This document shows, in pieces, positions 1 through 8,708 of a stretch of 64,000 nucleotides of DNA (position 1 is the stretch's first letter; each line of letters starts with the position of its first letter). Below the pieces are notes generated by a model. The model had not been told where the DNA came from and ran no database searches. It was given only the letters and a program-made list of their open reading frames with translations. The stretch comes from Longimicrobiales bacterium (GTDB lineage Bacteria; Gemmatimonadota; Gemmatimonadetes; Longimicrobiales; Gaopeijiaceae), in contig OZ220732.1 in assembly GCA_965116905.1 (NCBI GenBank), positions 928,001-992,000 of the forward strand, read 5' to 3'. A program made the position numbers and the translations under genes.

Positions 1-75
1 CCGCTCCCCGGCCTGCACCCGCCGCAGGAGACGAGGGAGGTGGGTCTTGGCTTCGAAGGATCCGATACGGGACAT
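1..75 (-). CDS. Phd/YefM-family antitoxin, N-terminal part (runs off window edge)
   Basis: Hand translation MSRIGSFEAKTHLPRLLRRVQAGER; closely resembles the antitoxin at 58584 (MTTVGAFEAKTHLSSLL). Confidence 0.85.
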   Translation of the reverse strand, partial: MSRIGSFEAKTHLPRLLRRVQAGER

Positions 76-186
76 GGAATGCGTTTCAGCCGAAACGTTT
101 TGGCTCAACCAGAAATCAGACTAGACTGAGACCAGTCTAATTTGTTCACGGAATTGAGACAACCCGGACCGCTGACATGTTGGCCG

Positions 187-792
187 CTAGGCGGTCGGCT
201 TCGGCCGCACGGCAAACCGGTTGACCCACCGGACCAGATCGGGGCGCCTGATTCGGGCGGCATGGAGCGCGCGGGCGATCTCGTAGAGCGAGATGCCACC
301 CCGGGTGCGAAGGTCCTTGAAGCGGGGGGCGGTGACCGCGCCGAATAGATGCGCCAGGATGGCACGATCGGCGGGTGTCAGGCGGGCAGAGCGGAACAGG
401 CGCGAGAGGGCCGGGCCGCTGGGGCGGTTCGCAATGCCCGCGAGGTGCAGGCCGGAGAGGTCGGCAAGGAAGTCGTGGGCGGCTTGCTGCCCCCCCGGCG
501 GGAGGATGCGCATCCGTGCGCGGGGGTAGTCCCACCAGGGGAGCGGAAGAGGGTCGAGGGGTGTGGTCCGTTCCGCTCGGCAGTAGTGGACGGTCGTGGG
601 CTTGCCGGGCCCGCCGATCATGGAGCCATGCGGCCCAAGGCCTTCGGCCGCAGGGTCGCCGCCACGGCGGATGCAGTCGTCGAAGCGGCGGCGCTCGTAG
701 CGGGCGATGAGCTCCTCGTCGCTGGGGACGCGCTCGGGATCCCGTGGAGGCGGGTCGAAGTAGTAGGCGCGGACGAGGTCGTAGTCGATCAT
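187..792 (-). CDS. Hypothetical protein translationally coupled to the AbiEii-family gene
   Basis: 201 aa ORF; ATGA overlap with stop of 789..1472. Confidence 0.6.
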   Translation of the reverse strand: MIDYDLVRAYYFDPPPRDPERVPSDEELIARYERRRFDDCIRRGGDPAAEGLGPHGSMIGGPGKPTTVHYCRAERTTPLDPLPLPWWDYPRARMRILPPGGQQAAHDFLADLSGLHLAGIANRPSGPALSRLFRSARLTPADRAILAHLFGAVTAPRFKDLRTRGGISLYEIARALHAARIRRPDLVRWVNRFAVRPKPTA

Positions 793-1472
793 CGCTGGCG
801 GTCGTGAAGTTCGTCGCGGACGAGTTGTTCGACGATGGCAAGAGCCCGTTTCTCCAAAGCGGGGTCGGACGGACTCAGGAGGGGGGCCAGGTCTCGACCG
901 CTGGCCGTGTGGTCGCTGAAGGCCTCGAGGATGTTGCCCAGCTCGCTCCGACGGACTGCTCGGAACGCTTTGGCGAGCTCGGCGGAGTCACGGCGGTTGG
1001 CCCAGGCGATGTCGTACACGTCCTGGGACAGGATGGTGCGGCGCTGGGCCATGCGAAAGACAAGCTTCTTGCCGAGGATTTCGTTGGTGGTCTCCAAGGG
1101 GAGTCTTGTACCGCGAACAGTGTCGGGCGAGCGGGGTTCGGAAGTTAGAGCTCCGGGGTTGACGGTGATGTGCCCATCGAGGCCGCGAAAGCGGATGTAG
1201 GTGTCGTCCCTGCCGATGGCCAGGCGGATAACGGGTGCGGCGGCGGTCAAGTCGAGGGTGAAGCGGCCGCCCGTGTTCCGTTGAAAGTGGAGATAGCGGT
1301 CGCTGTCGACGAAGAGGTCCACATCCGTGCTGTGCCTGTGCGCCCAGCGTGCCGCAAGGGCGGTGCCGCCGCCGAAACGAATGTTGTCCTCGCCGTCGAA
1401 CGCGTGGGCGAGGGGACGTCGAACCGCCTCGAAGAGTTCGGCCGGACCGGTGGGCAGTTCGTATTCAGCCAT
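789..1472 (-). CDS. AbiEii/AbiGii-family nucleotidyltransferase (type IV TA toxin-like)
   Basis: GGGTALA..HRHSTDVDLF, KK and QDVYD motifs. Confidence 0.85.
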   Translation of the reverse strand: MAEYELPTGPAELFEAVRRPLAHAFDGEDNIRFGGGTALAARWAHRHSTDVDLFVDSDRYLHFQRNTGGRFTLDLTAAAPVIRLAIGRDDTYIRFRGLDGHITVNPGALTSEPRSPDTVRGTRLPLETTNEILGKKLVFRMAQRRTILSQDVYDIAWANRRDSAELAKAFRAVRRSELGNILEAFSDHTASGRDLAPLLSPSDPALEKRALAIVEQLVRDELHDRQR

Positions 1473-1478
1473 GACGAA

Positions 1479-1550
1479 TGACGCCGTTCGCCGACATTCG
1501 AGTATTGTCGTCGCTCACAGACATTGATGATTTGTCGTCGTTCGCCTACA
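1479..1550. promoter_or_regulatory. Three 18-bp operator-like sites, consensus TGTCG-N8-CGACA, 27-bp period (putative HipB operators)
   Basis: tgacgccgttcgccgaca 1479-1496, tgtcgtcgctcacagaca 1506-1523, tgtcgtcgttcgcctaca 1533-1550. Confidence 0.7.
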
Positions 1551-1599
1551 ATTGAGTGACTCAATCGAATCCCGGGTCCCCAACTTCCGAGGATCACCC

Positions 1600-1896
1600 A
1601 TGAGAGTCAACACACCCGCCGATTTCGGCCATTTGATCCGGCGGGCGAGGAAAGCACGGGGCATGACCCAGCAGCAGCTGGCGCGCGCGGCCGCCGTGGG
1701 ACGCCAGTGGATCGTGGGGATCGAGGCAGGAAAGCGGCGGGCCGAACTCGGGAAGGTAATGCAGACCCTGGCTGCGCTGGACCTGACGTTGTCAATGCAC
1801 GGCGAAGGGATACCCGAGACCCGCAAATCCGAAGTTCCGATTGAAGCCATCGATCTCCAGGATGTTCTGGATGCGCACCGGCGCACATCGCGGTGA
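1600..1896 (+). CDS. hipB: HipB-like XRE HTH antitoxin
   Basis: IRRARKARGMTQQQLA..IEAGK HTH; GTGA overlap with hipA; start re-assigned to ATG 1600 after GAGGA. Confidence 0.85.
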   Translation: MRVNTPADFGHLIRRARKARGMTQQQLARAAAVGRQWIVGIEAGKRRAELGKVMQTLAALDLTLSMHGEGIPETRKSEVPIEAIDLQDVLDAHRRTSR

Positions 1897-3173
1897 ACGA
1901 GCGCCTGATCGCGTTGGCCGATGGCCGGAAGCTCGGAGAGATCGAGCGGGACGCCAGAGGTCGGCTCAGCTTCCAGTACGACGACTCATGGAGCCAGGAA
2001 GAAGCGGCGTTTCCGCTTTCCCTCTCGATGCCGATGACTGTCCGGAGCCACGGTCATGACAGTATCGAACCATGGCTATGGGGACTCCTGCCGGACAACG
2101 AGAATGTGCTGGCGCGGTGGGGCCGGAGGTTCCAGGTTTCGGCGCGCAGTGCCTTCTCCCTGCTCCGCGGAACGGGGGAAGATTGTGCGGGAGCGGTGCA
2201 GCTGGTGCGGCCGGAGCGGGTCGACCACCTGCGGGCTTCGGCAGATTGGGAAGTCGCCTGGTTGACGTCCACCGAGGTCGCGGCCCGCCTGCGGACGCTT
2301 TGGCGCGACGACAGCGCGTGGCGGCTCGACGGTGACGAGGGGCAGTTCAGTCTGGCCGGGGCGCAGGCCAAGACGGCGTTGCTCCTGGATGGCGACCGCT
2401 GGGGCATTCCGCAGGGTGCGACTCCCACCACCCACATCCTGAAACCACCGATTCGACGCTTTCCCGGACACTGCGAGAACGAGCACCTCTGCCTTCAACT
2501 GGCCCGCGCCCTGAGGATTCCCGCTGCCCGTTCCCAGGTGAGCCGCTTCGGGGGGGTGACGGCCATCGTCGTCGAGAGATACGACCGGATCGCCATTGGC
2601 GGACGGCTCGCACGGGTGCATCAGGAGGACCTGTGCCAGGTCCTGGGAGTGTTCCCGGCGCGCAAGTACGAAGGTGAAGGAGGGCCTGGGTGCCGAGACA
2701 TCGCACAGGCGATCCGGACCCATAGTCGATGTCCGGGTGAGGATCTTCGCTCGTTCGCCAAGGCCATGGTCTTCAACTGGGTCATCGGCGGAACGGACGC
2801 GCACGCAAAGAACTTCTCGTTCCTGATCGCCGTTCGCGGGCGCGCGGCTCTGGCCCCGCTTTATGACGTCGCGAGCACGCTACCCTATCCCGGCCGCTAC
2901 GCGCCAAGACGCAAACTCGCCATGAAAGTAGGCGGCGAATCACGGCTCGGGTACATCCAGGTGAGACACTGGGAGCGGTTCGCTGCCCATGTGGGGCTGC
3001 CGCCGGAAGAAGTCCTCGGGATCTGCGAATCCGTGGCCGCCGAGACGCCCGACCGCTTTGCCGATTTGGTTGCGGCCGCCCGGTCGGAAGAACTGGATCA
3101 CCCGGTCATCGAGAGGCTCGAGGAGGGGATCACGAAGCACGCGAGCGCATGCCTGGACCGGTTGCGAAGATGA
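1893..3173 (+). CDS. hipA: HipA serine/threonine kinase toxin
   Basis: SLAGAQAK, THILKP, HQEDLCQ, DAHAKNFS, APLYD motifs. Confidence 0.95.
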   Translation: MNERLIALADGRKLGEIERDARGRLSFQYDDSWSQEEAAFPLSLSMPMTVRSHGHDSIEPWLWGLLPDNENVLARWGRRFQVSARSAFSLLRGTGEDCAGAVQLVRPERVDHLRASADWEVAWLTSTEVAARLRTLWRDDSAWRLDGDEGQFSLAGAQAKTALLLDGDRWGIPQGATPTTHILKPPIRRFPGHCENEHLCLQLARALRIPAARSQVSRFGGVTAIVVERYDRIAIGGRLARVHQEDLCQVLGVFPARKYEGEGGPGCRDIAQAIRTHSRCPGEDLRSFAKAMVFNWVIGGTDAHAKNFSFLIAVRGRAALAPLYDVASTLPYPGRYAPRRKLAMKVGGESRLGYIQVRHWERFAAHVGLPPEEVLGICESVAAETPDRFADLVAAARSEELDHPVIERLEEGITKHASACLDRLRR

Positions 3174-3197
3174 AGGGCGTGGACCGACCGGCCCGAA

Positions 3198-3270
3198 TGG
3201 TCGCTGCTGGACTCGAACCAGCGACCCCTACGATGTGAGCGTAGTGCTCTACCGACTGAGCTAAGCGACC
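3198..3270 (-). tRNA. tRNA-Val(CAC)
   Basis: GGTCGCT..AGCGACC-A acceptor stem, anticodon arm CTACG-CTCACAT-CGTAG, GTTCGAG T-loop; CCA tail not encoded. Confidence 0.95.
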
Positions 3271-3275
3271 TTGAG

Positions 3276-3348
3276 TACCCCCACGGGGAATCGAACCCCG
3301 GTCTCCTGGCTGAGAACCAGGTATCCTAGTCCACTAGACGATGGGGGC
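3276..3348 (-). tRNA. tRNA-Glu(CTC)
   Basis: GCCCCCA..TGGGGGT-A acceptor stem, anticodon arm CCTGG-TTCTCAG-CCAGG, GTTCGAT T-loop. Confidence 0.95.
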
Positions 3349-3481
3349 GTCCATGCCCGCGTCCGGCGAGTCGTGAATGACGCCGGAGGCGAGGGGCAGA
3401 TAAGCTAAAGCGAATCGGCGGGCGGCTCAAGTATGCATGAGGACCCGTCGCCGTCCCAGCTTACCCCAACCGAGGTCCACC

Positions 3482-4354
3482 GTGACCGAGAAACCCGACA
3501 ACCCCTTCCAGAAACTTCGGACCCGAACGCTCATTCCGTTCACGATCTTCGGAATGATCGGTTTGGCCGTGGTTTACGGCATCGTCGCCAGCGTGACGCC
3601 GATTGATCCGCGGGACACCGCAGCGGACGAAACCGCTTTCGAAATCGCGTTTTATGGGGCCCTCGCACTGTGGACCCTGTGGGCGTGCCGCAGGTCGGGC
3701 ACCTGTATCCGGCGGCTCGTCGGCCGTGTGCCCGCCGGCTCCAACTGGCTCCCCGTATTAGGCCTCCTCGTCGTCGCAGGCCTTTTTTCGGTCGGGTCGT
3801 GGAACGTCGCCGCATTCGGGCTGTCACGGATCGCGCCCGGGATGTTGGAGTGGCTGATGGAAGCCGGGTCGCTGATTCCCGTCGATTCATGGGTTGCCAG
3901 CATCATGTGGATGCTCACCGGGGTAGTGTTCGCCCCGGTCGTGGAAGAGGTGATCTTCCGGGGCATCCTGGTGAACCGGTGGGGGGTGAAGTGGGGAATC
4001 AGGACCGGGATCGTTGTTTCGTCGGTGGTCTTCGGGTTGCTCCATGTGGTAGACACGGCCGGGGCGACGATCTTCGGCCTCGTCGCGGCGGTGTTGTACC
4101 TCCAGACGCGGACGCTGATCGTCCCGATCGCATTCCACGCAGCGAACAACCTGGTGGCATTGCTGCTGGAGTTCGTGTACCCGACTGAGGGGCCATTGGA
4201 TCTCGCGGCCGAGGTCCAAGGGATCGAGACCATGGCGCTCCCAGGCCTCGGCATCGCGGCGGTGACGCTACCCGTGCTGGTGTGGTACCTGAAGCGCAAC
4301 TGGCCGGGGCGGGGGGCCGAGATTCCCTATGAGGCGCGGGGAGTCTCAGTGTAG
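3482..4354 (+). CDS. CPBP (CAAX/Abi) family intramembrane metalloprotease
   Basis: EEVIFRG, FGLLH, HAANN motifs; multiple TM segments; start uncertain (3437 or 3482). Confidence 0.9.
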   Translation: MTEKPDNPFQKLRTRTLIPFTIFGMIGLAVVYGIVASVTPIDPRDTAADETAFEIAFYGALALWTLWACRRSGTCIRRLVGRVPAGSNWLPVLGLLVVAGLFSVGSWNVAAFGLSRIAPGMLEWLMEAGSLIPVDSWVASIMWMLTGVVFAPVVEEVIFRGILVNRWGVKWGIRTGIVVSSVVFGLLHVVDTAGATIFGLVAAVLYLQTRTLIVPIAFHAANNLVALLLEFVYPTEGPLDLAAEVQGIETMALPGLGIAAVTLPVLVWYLKRNWPGRGAEIPYEARGVSV

Positions 4355-4373
4355 GATCGGGCTGATGCCGACC

Positions 4374-4778
4374 CTACACCTCGAACGGATTCAGCAACGG
4401 CACGCCGAGCCTGCGGAAGTCGCGGACGTCGCGAGTCACCACCGTCAGCCGGTGGACTGTGGCCGTGGCCGCGATCATCGCGTCTTCCAGCAGGGTCCGC
4501 GAACGCTGCCGCTTCAACCGGGCCCACTCCCGAAACGCAGCCGCATCCATGGGCAACACGCCGTACGAATCGATCACCTGCTCCAGCCAGATCTCCAGTT
4601 CCTGAGCCTTGTGAGGGTCCCGTTCGCGGACGTTTTCGATGCCGGCCTGGATCTCGCCCACGGTGACGGCGGACAGAAAGAGCTGATCGGACGGCACGCC
4701 GGCAATCCATCGCAGCACGGACCGGTGAGGCTGCGGCCGGCGAAGCTCCGACACGACATTGGTGTCCAGCAGGTACAC
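4374..4778 (-). CDS. vapC: VapC PIN-domain toxin
   Basis: YLLDTNVVSE, EDAMIAATA, TRDVRDF. Confidence 0.92.
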   Translation of the reverse strand: MYLLDTNVVSELRRPQPHRSVLRWIAGVPSDQLFLSAVTVGEIQAGIENVRERDPHKAQELEIWLEQVIDSYGVLPMDAAAFREWARLKRQRSRTLLEDAMIAATATVHRLTVVTRDVRDFRRLGVPLLNPFEV

Positions 4779-4782
4779 GGGC

Positions 4783-5061
4783 CTATTCGAGCGGAGGGGG
4801 TTCGCGGTGGCGGTGCGCCGCACGGGGTGGCGTCAACTCCTCCGTGCGGGCCTCGGGAGCCAGCAGGAGCTCCTTGAGGTCCCGCCGCGCCATGCGCTTC
4901 ATCCGACGCCACTCGTCGATGGACACCAGCACCGCCGCTTCCACTCCGCGCTTTGTGACCAGCTGCGGGCCGTCGGACACGCTCGACGCGAGCATCTCGC
5001 TGAAGCGCGCCTTGGCCTCCTGCACCTGCCAGACTCTGGGCACACGATCCTCCTGATTCAC
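4783..5061 (-). CDS. Phd/YefM-family antitoxin
   Basis: WQVQEAKARFSE..GPQLVTKRG; directly upstream of vapC. Confidence 0.92.
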   Translation of the reverse strand: MNQEDRVPRVWQVQEAKARFSEMLASSVSDGPQLVTKRGVEAAVLVSIDEWRRMKRMARRDLKELLLAPEARTEELTPPRAAHRHREPPPLE

Positions 5062-5070
5062 AACTTAACT

Positions 5071-5090
5071 GACTAGTTATAGGACTAGTC
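5071..5090. promoter_or_regulatory. Twin ACTAGT palindromes, putative antitoxin operator
   Basis: gACTAGTtataggACTAGTc just upstream of the Phd gene in an AT-rich patch. Confidence 0.6.
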
Positions 5091-5225
5091 CGATCATGAC
5101 ACGCGGTCAAGGCTCGCCACGCGCCCCTCGCGTTTCGTATTTCAGTCGACAGATTAGGAGCCACGCACAACCGCGGGGCGGCCGTTGTCCGGCTGCCGCC
5201 AAACACCAACACGAAACGCCCACCA

Positions 5226-6815
5226 GTGAACCCATCCCCCCAGGTCCTCATCCTCGGTGGCGGCCCGGCCGGAGCCGCCGCCGCGCGCCTCCTCGCGCAG
5301 TGGGGCGTGGAGGCCGTGGTCGTGGAGCGGTCGCCGGACCCTGACCCGACCGCGCCGTCCCTGGCCGAGTCGCTGCCGCCCAGCACGCGCAAGGTACTGG
5401 CCGCGACGGGGCTGCTGGGGGTCGTGGAGGCGGGCGGATTCCTCGCGAACAGCGGGAACACCGCGCTTTGGGGCGGCGAAGGCCGCCGTGACGACTTCGC
5501 GGGGGGTGCTGCCGGGTTCCACATCCTGCGGTCGCGGTTCGACAGCCTGCTGCGTGCGGCGGCGGCGGAGGCCGGGGCCGAGATCGTGAGGGGCGTGGCG
5601 AGGTTGCCGGAGCAGGGCAGCGACGGGGAGGGATGGCGGGTCGAGGTCGCGCTGGACGGCGGGAAGCGCGTCGAGATGCACCCGCGCTGGATACTCGACT
5701 GCACCGGCAGGGCCGGCTTGCTGGCGCGCCGCTACCGCGTCCTGGAGTCGAAAGCGCCGACTCTGGCGGTGGTTCGGCGGTACCGCAACGACCGCGGGTG
5801 GCAGAACGTCGAGGCCACCCACGCCCTCGTGGAGAGCTTCGAGCGAGGCTGGGCCTGGTCGGTACCCACCTCGGAGACCGAGCGTCACGTCGCGGTCATG
5901 CTCGACCCTCAACTCCACGCCGTGATGGAGGGGGCCGCCGATCTCTCGGCTGCCTTCGAGGCCGAGATCGCCAACACCGCCCTCATGCACTCCATCACAA
6001 CCCCCGCAGTGTCCGTCGGCGACGCCTGGGCGGTGACCGCGTCGATGTACACGTCGTCCCGGTTTGCTCTGGACCGGGCGTTGCTCGTGGGAGACGCGGC
6101 CTCGTTCGCGGACCCGATGTCGTCGTACGGGGTGAAGAAGGCGCTGGCGTCGGCGTGGCTGGCCGCGGTCGCGGTCCACACGGCGATCCGCACGCCGGAG
6201 CTGGCGGAAACCGCGGCCGACTTCTACAGCCGCAGGGAGCAGGCGATGTACGAGGCGTTGCGGGAAGGGCTGGCGACGCAGGTGGCGGGGACGAGGTTGG
6301 GGGGCGAGGGCGCGGGGGACACCAGCGGGTCGGCAACCGCAGGGCCTGGTGCGGGCGCGCCCGAAGACGCCTTCTGGGACCGGCGCGCGCTGTGGCTTGC
6401 CGATCGATCCGAGGCCGCAATCGAAGCGAACTCGCCCGACGGTCCGTCCCCCGAGGCGCTCCGCGACGACCCTGAGGTGCGCGCGGCCTTCCACGCGCTG
6501 CGTCTGGGTTCGGGACGCCTCCGCGTGGGGCGCCGCGACACCGTTGACCGGCCCCTGGTCATCGGGAACCGGATCCGTCTTGCTCCCGCGCTGGTGACCC
6601 CGCGCTTCCCCGCCGGCGTCCGCTACTTTCGCGACGTCGACCTGCTCCGCGTGGTCCACCTGGCGACGGGGTCGGCCAACCCCGGTGCCCTCTACGAGTC
6701 CTACTGCGAGTGGGCGGCGCGCGAGGATCTGCCGCCGGTCGACCTGGCCAACTTCATCGGCGTGGTCGCGCTGCTGGTCGCCGACGGGGTGCTGGTGCCG
6801 GGGCGGGGAGCCTAG
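5226..6815 (+). CDS. qhpG: FAD-dependent monooxygenase for QhpC tryptophan hydroxylation (QhpG-like)
   Basis: GGGPAG Rossmann motif, DCTGR, VGDAASFADPMSSYG; immediately upstream of qhpA. Confidence 0.8.
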   Translation: MNPSPQVLILGGGPAGAAAARLLAQWGVEAVVVERSPDPDPTAPSLAESLPPSTRKVLAATGLLGVVEAGGFLANSGNTALWGGEGRRDDFAGGAAGFHILRSRFDSLLRAAAAEAGAEIVRGVARLPEQGSDGEGWRVEVALDGGKRVEMHPRWILDCTGRAGLLARRYRVLESKAPTLAVVRRYRNDRGWQNVEATHALVESFERGWAWSVPTSETERHVAVMLDPQLHAVMEGAADLSAAFEAEIANTALMHSITTPAVSVGDAWAVTASMYTSSRFALDRALLVGDAASFADPMSSYGVKKALASAWLAAVAVHTAIRTPELAETAADFYSRREQAMYEALREGLATQVAGTRLGGEGAGDTSGSATAGPGAGAPEDAFWDRRALWLADRSEAAIEANSPDGPSPEALRDDPEVRAAFHALRLGSGRLRVGRRDTVDRPLVIGNRIRLAPALVTPRFPAGVRYFRDVDLLRVVHLATGSANPGALYESYCEWAAREDLPPVDLANFIGVVALLVADGVLVPGRGA

Positions 6816-6968
6816 AAGCTACTTTGCGCCGTGTCCGCCTGTTTCCTATCGTTGAGGTCGCCCACGGGCATGCGGGTCCGTGCATCACCTTGAAGCGGGA
6901 GGGACAGGGAAGCGATGAGCCCCGGGAGAGGGAGCACAGGGAGCGGCAATAACCCGGCCTGGCGACGC

Positions 6969-8708
6969 ATGAGACACCTCTCGCTGCCCGCGGCACTGAC
7001 GCCGTTGGCGTTGTTCCTTTCCCCGGCTTTTGCTCCAGCGGCCTCCGCCCAGGAGTCAGTCTCCGACACCGCCAACACCGGCATCCCCGTCACCGACCAG
7101 CTCGTCATCGAGAGCTGCGACCGCTGCCACGCCGTCGACGACGACGGCATGATGACGCGCGTCTCGTACATGCGGAAGACGCCCGAGGGCTGGCAGCAGT
7201 CGATCCGCCGCATGGTGACCCTGAACGACGCGGAGCTGGACGCCGAGACCGCGCGCGACATCGTCCGCTACCTCTCCGACAGCCACGGACTGGCGCCCGA
7301 GGAACTCCGGCCGGGCCGGTTCGAAGTGGAGCGCCGACTGATCGATTGGTCGTACGAGGAGTCGCATGAGGGGGATGAGGACGTCGATCGGGTGTGCAGC
7401 AGCTGTCACTCGATGGGACGGGTCGTCATCCAGCGCAGGACGAAGGAGGAGTGGGATCTCCTCATGGCCATGCACCGGGGCTATTATCCGCTTTCCGACA
7501 CGCAGGGGTTCCGCCGCTTCGGCCCGCCCGCGCCGGGCGCGTCCGATACCAGCCATCCGATGGACAAGGCGGTGGCCGAGCTGTCCGGGAAGTTCCCGCT
7601 GACGACCGCGCAGTGGACTTCGTGGGCGGCGACGATGCGGCCGCCGCGAATCGCTGGCACGTGGGCGCTGAAGGGGCACGATCCCGGACGCGGCCCGATC
7701 TACGGCACGGTCGAGATCTCGGAAGCGGCCGACGGGGCCGACTTCACGACCCGGGTTCGATACGCGTACGCGCGTTCGGGCGAGCAGGTGGAGCGCGAGG
7801 GCCGCGCGATCGTCTACACGGGCTACCAGTGGCGCGGCCGTTCGTTCGAGGACGGCGACGAGGCGACGTCGCTGCGCGAAGTCATGATGGTCGAGCGCGG
7901 CTGGGGCGAGATCAACGGCCGCTGGTTCGCCGGCGACTACGACGAGTTCGGCCCCGACGTGACGCTGTTGCGCGCCGACGGCCCGGTCGTGCTGGGTCTG
8001 CACCCCGTCGCCCTGCGTTCGGGCAGCAGCGCGACGGTGACGGTGCATGGCGTGAACCTGCCCACCGGCCTGGGCGCCGCGGACCTGGACCTGGGGCCCG
8101 GCGTCGAGGTCGTGAGCGTCACCCGCAGCGACTCCGAGGTGCTGGCCGCCGAGGTCACCGCGGGCGACGATGCCGCGGTCGGCGCCCGCGACGTGTTCCT
8201 CGCGGGCCGTCCGGTGCCCGGCCACCTGACCGTGTACGAGACCGTCGACCGGATCCTGGTCACGCCCGAGGCGGGCATGGCGCGGCTCGGCGGCGGCGCA
8301 TTCCCGAAGGGCTTCGCGCAGTTCGAGGCCACCGCCTTCAGCGACGGCCCCGACGGCAAGCCCGAGACGGACGACGACCTGAATCTCGGCTTCGTCGACG
8401 TCGAATGGTCGATGGAAGAGTACTCCGCGATCTTCGACGACGACGACATCGAATACGTGGGCACGCTGGGCGCTGACGGCCTCTTCCAGCCGGCGCTGGA
8501 CGGCCCCAATCCGGACCGCGACGGCCTGCGCAACAACGTCGGCGACGTCTGGACGGTGGCGACCTACCGCGGCCCCGACGGCAAGGAGGTGCGCGGACGC
8601 GCCCACCTGATCGTCACGGTGCCCCTCTACATGCGCTGGGAGCCGTGGCGGGTGCAGGAGATGCCGCTCCCGCGGCGGCGGACCTCGGACATGGGGAACG
8701 AGCGATGA
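6969..8708 (+). CDS. qhpA: Quinohemoprotein amine dehydrogenase alpha subunit (diheme c)
   Basis: Signal peptide, CDRCH and CSSCH heme motifs, RKTPEGW, C-terminal GPNP..NNVG..LIVTV. Confidence 0.95.
   Translation: MRHLSLPAALTPLALFLSPAFAPAASAQESVSDTANTGIPVTDQLVIESCDRCHAVDDDGMMTRVSYMRKTPEGWQQSIRRMVTLNDAELDAETARDIVRYLSDSHGLAPEELRPGRFEVERRLIDWSYEESHEGDEDVDRVCSSCHSMGRVVIQRRTKEEWDLLMAMHRGYYPLSDTQGFRRFGPPAPGASDTSHPMDKAVAELSGKFPLTTAQWTSWAATMRPPRIAGTWALKGHDPGRGPIYGTVEISEAADGADFTTRVRYAYARSGEQVEREGRAIVYTGYQWRGRSFEDGDEATSLREVMMVERGWGEINGRWFAGDYDEFGPDVTLLRADGPVVLGLHPVALRSGSSATVTVHGVNLPTGLGAADLDLGPGVEVVSVTRSDSEVLAAEVTAGDDAAVGARDVFLAGRPVPGHLTVYETVDRILVTPEAGMARLGGGAFPKGFAQFEATAFSDGPDGKPETDDDLNLGFVDVEWSMEEYSAIFDDDDIEYVGTLGADGLFQPALDGPNPDRDGLRNNVGDVWTVATYRGPDGKEVRGRAHLIVTVPLYMRWEPWRVQEMPLPRRRTSDMGNER

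Noticed and set aside
1..3270. tRNA-Val-anchored integrative element
   Set aside because: The TA genes lie at the tRNA 3' side, but no integrase or duplicated tRNA end is visible in the window; it cannot be supported here.
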